This document shows positions 57,940-64,000 of a DNA stretch of 64,000 nucleotides, in pieces. Each line of letters opens with the position of its first letter. Positions within the stretch are counted from its first letter, which is position 1. Made by a program: the position numbers and the translations under genes. The DNA comes from Rebecca billardiae RCC1528 (lineage: Eukaryota > Protista > Haptophyta), in NCBI GenBank assembly GCA_965240325.2, contig OZ251232.1, forward strand, positions 1,178,001-1,242,000, in the 5' to 3' direction. Below the pieces are notes generated by a model. That model saw only the letters and a program-made list of their open reading frames with translations. It was not told where the DNA came from and searched no databases.

Positions 57940-59199
57940 TCATCGGGCCCTACTTCTCGGGACCCGCCTGGCCATCACCACAGGTCGTACATGCGACGAT
58001 GACGGCGTCGATACGACGCTGGCTGTGACCGCCATCGGCAGCTGCGGCAGACTCTGCAACCGCCGGCCGTGCCGCGCTGCGACGTCCGAGGCAGTGGCTG
58101 TTCTGCTAGTTGAGGCTTTGGCGTCGGTGCCCATGTCGTGCTCCCGCCGGCGCTTGTGCGCACCACTCCGAGTGTACTTCATGCCGGCCAGCTTGTGCAC
58201 AGCGCACCGGCTGGCGTGCGCGTCGCCCGGCATGCCGAACGCCGGCCGCGTAGAGCAGCCCTCGTGATCACACTTGGGGTTCTTCAGGTCGACCATGCCA
58301 GCCAGCTCGTGCGCAGCGCACCGGCTGGCGCGCGCGTCGCCCGGCATGCCGAACGAAGGCAGCTTGGTGCAGCCCTCGTGATCACACTTGCCGTGCTTCA
58401 GGTCGACCATGCCAGCCAGCTTGTGCGCAGCGCACCGGCTGGCGCGCGCGTCGCCCGGCATGCCGAACGAAGGCAGCTTGGTGCAGCCCTCGTGATCACA
58501 CTTGCCGTGCTTCAGGTCGACCATGCCAGCCAGCTTGTGCGCAGCGCACCGGCTGGCCCGCGCGTCGCCCGGCATGCCGAACACCGGCTGCGTAGTGCAG
58601 CCCTCGTGATCACACGTACGGCTCTTCATGTCAACCATGCCGGCCAGCTTGTGCGTAGCGCACCGGCTGGCGCGCGCGTCGCCCGGCATGCCGAACGCCG
58701 GCTGCGTAGTGCAGCCCTCGTGATCGCACTTGCGGTTCTTCACGTCCACCATGCCGGCCAGCTTGTGCGTAGCGCACCGGCTGGCGCGCCGCTCGCCCGG
58801 CATGCCAAAGTTAGGCCGCTTGGTACAGCCGGTGTGAGCACAGTTGGGGCACTTCACGTCAACCATGCCGGCCAGCTTGTGCGCAGCGCACCGGCTGGCC
58901 CGCGCGTCGCCCGGCATGCCGAATCCCGGCTGCGTAGTGCAGCCCTCGTGATCGCACTTGCGGCTCTTCACGTCCACCATGCCGGCCAGCTTGTGCGTAG
59001 CGCACCGGCTGGCGCGCCGCTCGCCCGGCATGCCAAAGTTAGGCCGCTTGGTACAGCCGGTGTGAGCACAGTTGGGGCTCTTCACGTTAACCATGCCGGC
59101 CAGCTTGTGCGCAGCGCACCGGCTGGCCCGCGCGTCGCCCGGCATGCCGAACGCCGGCTGCGTAGTGCAGCCCTCGTGATCGCACTTGCCGTGCGTCAT
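57940..59199 (-). CDS. EsV-1-7-like cysteine-rich tandem-repeat protein (9 x 38 aa)
   Basis: Repeats of CDHEGCTTQPAFGMPGDARASRCAAHKLAGMVDVK (C-x4-C-x16-C-x2-H) with a 114-bp period over about 58180-59184, followed by a basic HKRRR. The start is 59199 or 59283. Confidence 0.85.
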   Translation of the reverse strand: MTHGKCDHEGCTTQPAFGMPGDARASRCAAHKLAGMVNVKSPNCAHTGCTKRPNFGMPGERRASRCATHKLAGMVDVKSRKCDHEGCTTQPGFGMPGDARASRCAAHKLAGMVDVKCPNCAHTGCTKRPNFGMPGERRASRCATHKLAGMVDVKNRKCDHEGCTTQPAFGMPGDARASRCATHKLAGMVDMKSRTCDHEGCTTQPVFGMPGDARASRCAAHKLAGMVDLKHGKCDHEGCTKLPSFGMPGDARASRCAAHKLAGMVDLKHGKCDHEGCTKLPSFGMPGDARASRCAAHELAGMVDLKNPKCDHEGCSTRPAFGMPGDAHASRCAVHKLAGMKYTRSGAHKRRREHDMGTDAKASTSRTATASDVAARHGRRLQSLPQLPMAVTASVVSTPSSSHVRPVVMARRVPRSRAR

Positions 59200-59742
59200 G
59201 CTGCCGTGCAGGCCGCCCGCCCGTGAAACTGTGGCGGCGGCACAGGTTTCGTCGATCGGATGAGTCGCGCCACTCCCCAGCATGGCTGCCTGTCCAGCGT
59301 GCTGCGTGGGCGTGGTTCAAGCGAGCCGTACCCCCATATGGCGGGAATCCGCACACTCGCGGTGCGGTTGTCGCGGCGCAGGTAGCCTCGCGGTCGCAGG
59401 TCGTCTGATGCGGCCCGGACCCGGCCTCGGTACAATCCCGCCGTGCACGCGCGGCCCAATAACGTACTATTTGTAACGTAGGGTGCTGCATTCATACGGA
59501 TTCCGCACGGTTTAGCTAAGGCCATGCAGCTTTTCCCGTAAGGCGCGACTCACGCCGACCGTGCCGGATCAGGCAGGGCGTGAGGCAACTTGGTAGAAAC
59601 ACTTTCGCCTCTCGCCACTCCGGCACAAAATCCGCATGGCGTCTGTCGGTCTGAGACTAATCGGGTGCCCGCTGAGGGGCTGACGAGTGAGTAGTGACGG
59701 GCCAGCCCGGTTGAATGGTATGAGTGCTGAGTGAGGCTTCTA

Positions 59743-59854
59743 TAGAGAGAGAGAGAGAGAGAGAGGGGGAGGGAGGGGGGAGAGAGAGACCGTGAGAGGC
59801 CGGCGCATTCTCCGGGTCACGCGTGACCGTGTTAGTGCCGCGTACGAGTAGTAC

Positions 59855-59918
<64 letters not shown>

Positions 59919-60170
59919 CTATATTAGTATTATTATTATTATTATATATACGCGTGGCGCCGTGTCACAGAAGTGCAGTGACGTGCGGCGCGCGGCCGCA
60001 CCGTGACCGCGGTTCGCGCTCGCAGTAGCTCCGCGACCGCCGGCGCCTGACGCCTGACGACGCTGAGTCATCGGCCCGTGATCCGTGCCATCTGGCTCCG
60101 AGGACAAGTCGTGACGTGATCTGATTGATCAGCTGCTGCGTGTCGCCCCTCATCAGGACGAGGTAGTTCG

Positions 60171-60241
<71 letters not shown>
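59743..60241. repeat. Microsatellite cluster: (GA)n at about 59743-59790, (TA)n at about 59858-59916 and (TA)n at about 60173-60241
   Basis: Direct reading of the sequence. Confidence 0.92.
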
Positions 60242-60243
<2 letters not shown>

Positions 60244-60376
60244 CGCGAATATTATATTATGTCAATCAGATGACTGTACCTTGTCCTTGAAGCAGATGCA
60301 TATATATATCATGATATCGGCATCATCATTACTTGCTGCTGCTCGGACTGGTCGGACGCGCGCGCGCTGGCTGCTA

Positions 60377-63300
60377 CTACTTGGCAGCCTGCTCGCGGCC
60401 GAGCAGGTTGAGCAGCTTCTCCGTACCATTCTGCACGCCCTTGTGCTGGGCGTGCTGCGTGCGCGCGCGCTTGGCCCCGGCCTCCAGGCCCGCCGCGACG
60501 GCGGCGCGCTGGCGCGCGGCCGCGGCCGCGTCGCCGACCGGCCCCCAGACGATGTTGAACGCGGCCCAGACGGCCTCGTCCTGGACGGCGGCGACGGCGG
60601 TGTGCGCGTCCATCGCGCGCTTGAGCGCGGCGAGCGCGCCCGCGTCCGCCGCCTTCTGCGCGCGCGCGCGCCCCTGCGCGTTGTCGCCGACGCACACGTT
60701 GCGCAGCAGGCCGCACGCTGACTGCTGCACGGCGCTCACGGCGCGGTGCGCGTCCATCGCGCGCACCGCGGCGGCGAGCGCGCCGCCGTCGGCGGCGCGC
60801 TGCTTGCGCGCGAAGCCCGCCTCGCTCGAGCCGAAGCACAGGCTGTGCAGCGAGCGCAGCGCCTGCTCCTGCAGCAGCTTCTCCGCGCGGTGCGCATCGG
60901 CGGCGGCGAGCGCGGCGCGCATCGCGCCCGCGTCCACGGCCGCCTGCTTGCGCGCCTGCCCGGCCGCGTCGGTGCCGGAGACGACGTTGTTCACGGCCGC
61001 GCACGCCTCGGTGAGCACGCTCGCGACGGCGGCGTGCGCGTCCATCGCCCGGACGATGGCGGGCAGCACGCCCGCGTCCGCCGCCTGCTGCGCGCGCGCG
61101 CGCCCCGCCTGGTTGTCGCCGACGCACACGTTCCGAATCAGGCCGAGCGCCGCGTCCGCGACCGTGGTGTTCTGCGGGAAGGTGCCGAGCGCGCGCGTCG
61201 CCGCGGCGAAGGCGCCCCCGTCCGCCGCGCTCTGCTTGCGCGCGAAGGCGTGCTCGTTGGAGCCGAACACGACGGAGCGCAGCGCCCGGCAGCCCTGGTC
61301 CTGCACCGCCGAGCTGGCGTGGTGCTCGCGCAGCGCGGCGAGCATCGCGCGCAGCGCGCCCGCGTCCGTGGCAGCCTGCTTGCGCGCCAGCCCGGCCGCA
61401 TCCTGCCCAAACACGATGTTGCGCACCGCCCAGCAGCCCTGCTGCTGCACGCCCTCGTGCGCGCGGTGCGCGTCGAGCGCGCGCACGATCGGTGGGAGCA
61501 GACCCGCGTCGACCGCCACCTGCGCGCGCGCCGTCCCCGCCGCGTCGCTGCCCGCCACCACGTTGATGACTGCGCGGCAAATCTGCTCGCACAGGACCGC
61601 GTTGCCGGCGCCGTGCGCGTTGAGCGCGCGCGTAGCCATCCGCAGCACGCCCGCGTCGGCGGCGGCCTGCGAGCGGCCGAAGCCGGCGGCGTCCGAGCCG
61701 ATGCACAGCGAGTGCACGGCGCGGAACGCCTGCTCCTGCGCGCCCGCGCTGCCCGGCTGCTTCTCCATCACGCCGACGATGGCGGCGAGCGCGCCCGCCT
61801 CCACGGCGCGCTGCTTGCGGCCCAGGCCGGGCGGGTCTGATCCGTACACAATGTTTCGGAGGGCCCAGCAGCCGAGCTCGAGGAGCGAGGCGCGCTGGGT
61901 GAAGGCGTGTAGGGCCTTGAGCACCGCCTCGAGCGCGCCCGCCTCCGCCGCCGCCTGCTCCGTCCCCTTCGAGGTCGTCCGCTTCTTGATCTCGCCGAGC
62001 GCGGCCTCCGCCGCCGCGCCGTCGGCGGCGCGCGTCGCCGCGCCGAGCGTCGAGACCACCTGCTCCCAGCTCATCGCCGGCAGCTCGACGTTTGGCGGCG
62101 GCGCGGCGGCGCGGCGGCTGTTCATGCGGCCGAGCACGCCGCCCGCGCCGCCGCCCGCCGCCGCCGCGCTCGCGGGGCGCGCGGCCGAGCCCTCCGCCTC
62201 GGCGGCGCCGGCCGCGGCGCCGGCCGCGGCGCCGGCCTCCGCGCCCCCGCCTGCGCTCTGCTCGAGCAGCGCCTTCAGACGCGCCGCCTCGGCGCGCACG
62301 GCGCCCTCGGTGTGGGCGGCGATGGCGCGGGTCGCGGCGAGATACGCACCGGCGTGGGTCGCGTCGTGGCGGAGCAGTCCGACCTCGCGCGTCGCCGCCT
62401 CGCCGCCCGCGGGCTGCGCGGCGCACGCGTTGGCGAGCGCGGCGCACGCCGCCGCCTGCACACCCGCGTGCTTGGCGTGCGCAGCCATCGCGCTGGCGCA
62501 CGACTCGAACCCGCCGGCGGATGCGACAGCCTTGGCGCGGCTCACTGCGCGCATGCCGTCGCGCCCGGCGCACACGCCGGCGAGCACGCGGCACGCGCGC
62601 TCGGACACGTACGGCGCGTCCGCGTGCGCGCGCAGCACGCCCACCGCCGCGATGTGCGCCCCGACGTCCACGGCGGCGTCCCGCGAGCTCAGCCCGACGC
62701 AGCAGTCGGCGCCGAGCGCTCGGAGCGTGTCGGCGAGCCCGCCGTCGGAGCCGCTGAGCCGCTCGGCGGCGACCTCGAGCGCGCGCTGCGCCGCGATCGG
62801 CGAGGCGTCCTTGTCCGCCAGCGACTCGAGCTCCGCCGTCAGCGCCGACCAGTCCAGCGCGCGCAGCTCCGCGAGCGAGCGCGCCTGGCGCGGCGCGGCG
62901 GCGGCGCTATTCCCCGGAGCGCCCGCGCCGCCGTCCGCGCCGCCGTCGGCCGCGGCGGCGTGCGCGCCCAACGAGGAGATGGCGGCGGCGGCGTCGGCGT
63001 CGGCGCCGGGCGTGCTCGTCGAGCCGACGTACACGCTGCTCTCGCCCGCCTGCTGCGCCGCCGCGCGCTCGCCCAGCCGGCCGAGCGGCGCGAGCGCGGC
63101 GGGGCTCGGCTTGGGGCAGCTCGTGAGAATCTTCTCAATCCGGTCGCACAGCCGTCCGTCGACCGCCGGGCGGTGGGAGGGCTCGTGCGCCCACATCTCG
63201 CGCGTGAGCATGGCGAGCGTGGCGGGGCGCGCGGAGCCGGGCAGCTCGGGCCGCTTCTCCGCCGCCAGCGCCTTGAGCATCTGCCCCTCGCGCTTCCCCT

Positions 63301-64000
63301 CCCACGGCACCTTGCGCGTCAGAAGCTCAACAAACACCATCGCGAGTGAGTAGCAGTCGGCCTTCGCCCAGTCGAGCGGCGCGGCGCCGCGCTCGTCGTC
63401 GTCGTCGTGCAGCTCGGGCGCCATCCACGCGATCGTGCCCACCGCGCCCCGCGACGACGCCGCCGTGCTCGCGCGCACGCGCGCCAGCCCAAAGTCCGAC
63501 AGCTTGAGCGCGCCGTTGTCGGCGATCAGCACGTTGTGAGACTTGAGGTCGCGGTGGTACACGCCGCGCGCGTGGAGGAAGGTGAGCGCGCCGGACATCT
63601 CGAGCGCGCAGTGCGCGACAACGGCGTCGGGCAGCGCCGCGCGCGCGCTGCGCAGCAGGCCGAACAGGCTGCCGCTCGGCGCGAGCTCGAGCACGATGCA
63701 CGCGCTGCGCGCCTCGAGCGTGCACGCGCCAAACGCCTGCAGCACGTTGGGGTGGTGCAGCGCCTCGTGCGTGCCCACCTCGGCGCCGAGCTCGGAGAGG
63801 TCCGCGGTCGCGTCCACCTGCTTGATCGCCACGGGCACCGTGCCCCAGCGCCCCTCGTACACCTTGCCAAACCCGCCGTGCCCAATCAGCTCGCCGTACT
63901 TGAGATCGTTCGAGCCGATCTCCGTCCACGCGTGCGAGAGGGCCGCGGGGCGGGCGGAGAGGGCGACGGGGCGCGCGCTGTCCACGTTCGCGCCGCCGCC
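60377..64000 (-). CDS. TKL-group protein kinase fused to C-terminal armadillo-like repeats; 5' end open at the window edge
   Basis: GHGGFGKVY, VAIK, HRDLKSHN, DFG and GTIAWMAPE, followed by about 11 repeats of 48 aa of the type GAL.A...AM.AH.....VQ..AC.ALRN. Confidence 0.9.
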   Translation of the reverse strand, partial: GGGANVDSARPVALSARPAALSHAWTEIGSNDLKYGELIGHGGFGKVYEGRWGTVPVAIKQVDATADLSELGAEVGTHEALHHPNVLQAFGACTLEARSACIVLELAPSGSLFGLLRSARAALPDAVVAHCALEMSGALTFLHARGVYHRDLKSHNVLIADNGALKLSDFGLARVRASTAASSRGAVGTIAWMAPELHDDDDERGAAPLDWAKADCYSLAMVFVELLTRKVPWEGKREGQMLKALAAEKRPELPGSARPATLAMLTREMWAHEPSHRPAVDGRLCDRIEKILTSCPKPSPAALAPLGRLGERAAAQQAGESSVYVGSTSTPGADADAAAAISSLGAHAAAADGGADGGAGAPGNSAAAAPRQARSLAELRALDWSALTAELESLADKDASPIAAQRALEVAAERLSGSDGGLADTLRALGADCCVGLSSRDAAVDVGAHIAAVGVLRAHADAPYVSERACRVLAGVCAGRDGMRAVSRAKAVASAGGFESCASAMAAHAKHAGVQAAACAALANACAAQPAGGEAATREVGLLRHDATHAGAYLAATRAIAAHTEGAVRAEAARLKALLEQSAGGGAEAGAAAGAAAGAAEAEGSAARPASAAAAGGGAGGVLGRMNSRRAAAPPPNVELPAMSWEQVVSTLGAATRAADGAAAEAALGEIKKRTTSKGTEQAAAEAGALEAVLKALHAFTQRASLLELGCWALRNIVYGSDPPGLGRKQRAVEAGALAAIVGVMEKQPGSAGAQEQAFRAVHSLCIGSDAAGFGRSQAAADAGVLRMATRALNAHGAGNAVLCEQICRAVINVVAGSDAAGTARAQVAVDAGLLPPIVRALDAHRAHEGVQQQGCWAVRNIVFGQDAAGLARKQAATDAGALRAMLAALREHHASSAVQDQGCRALRSVVFGSNEHAFARKQSAADGGAFAAATRALGTFPQNTTVADAALGLIRNVCVGDNQAGRARAQQAADAGVLPAIVRAMDAHAAVASVLTEACAAVNNVVSGTDAAGQARKQAAVDAGAMRAALAAADAHRAEKLLQEQALRSLHSLCFGSSEAGFARKQRAADGGALAAAVRAMDAHRAVSAVQQSACGLLRNVCVGDNAQGRARAQKAADAGALAALKRAMDAHTAVAAVQDEAVWAAFNIVWGPVGDAAAAARQRAAVAAGLEAGAKRARTQHAQHKGVQNGTEKLLNLLGREQAAK

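Noticed and set aside
58180-59184. 114-bp DNA repeat as a non-coding array
   Set aside because: It is in-frame protein-coding sequence.
1-64000. Hundreds of long Arg/Ala/Pro-rich ORFs in the six-frame track (e.g. 8572-10407, 8748-11057, 32553-34871, 60333-63353)
   Set aside because: They are antisense or off-frame shadows of real genes, caused by very high GC and scarce stop codons, and carry no domain motifs.

Overview
Very GC-rich eukaryotic nuclear DNA with short, GC-rich GT-AG spliceosomal introns. FtsZ and PTOX carry signal-peptide/transit-type leaders, which points to an alga with a complex plastid; a haptophyte (possibly Pavlovales) is my inference. About 21 protein genes are supported: exostosin/GT47, NRT2, a PPR-CCCH-TrmB fusion, a LON-N-like protein, a PAS protein, NDUFA9, a pentapeptide-repeat/CaaX protein, a PHM/DBH-like Cu monooxygenase, a DUF4126-like membrane protein, RME-8/DNAJC13, an orphan Cys/His protein, MAK16, CUL1, TMEM184/OSTalpha, a sulfotransferase, plastid FtsZ, a GT1/CgeB-like protein, PTOX, a KH/RS protein, BirA, an EsV-1-7-like repeat protein and a TKL kinase-ARM protein. 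Many genes form head-to-head pairs with short promoters, and tail-to-tail spacers are AT-, microsatellite- and hairpin-rich. There are two repeat-rich accessory zones (0-5.7 kb and 19-26.5 kb). The best leads are: (1) a 6.5 kb block bounded by a perfect 64-bp inverted repeat and carrying two intact genes; (2) a 9 x 38-aa C-x4-C-x16-C-x2-H array whose variation is confined to a few positions, like a programmable binding code; (3) a pervasive micro-duplication and templated-hairpin insertion signature; (4) an apparently circularly permuted glycosyltransferase. No rRNA, tRNA or CRISPR array was seen. Most ORFs in the supplied track are GC-rich shadow ORFs. All calls come from motif recognition, without database searches.
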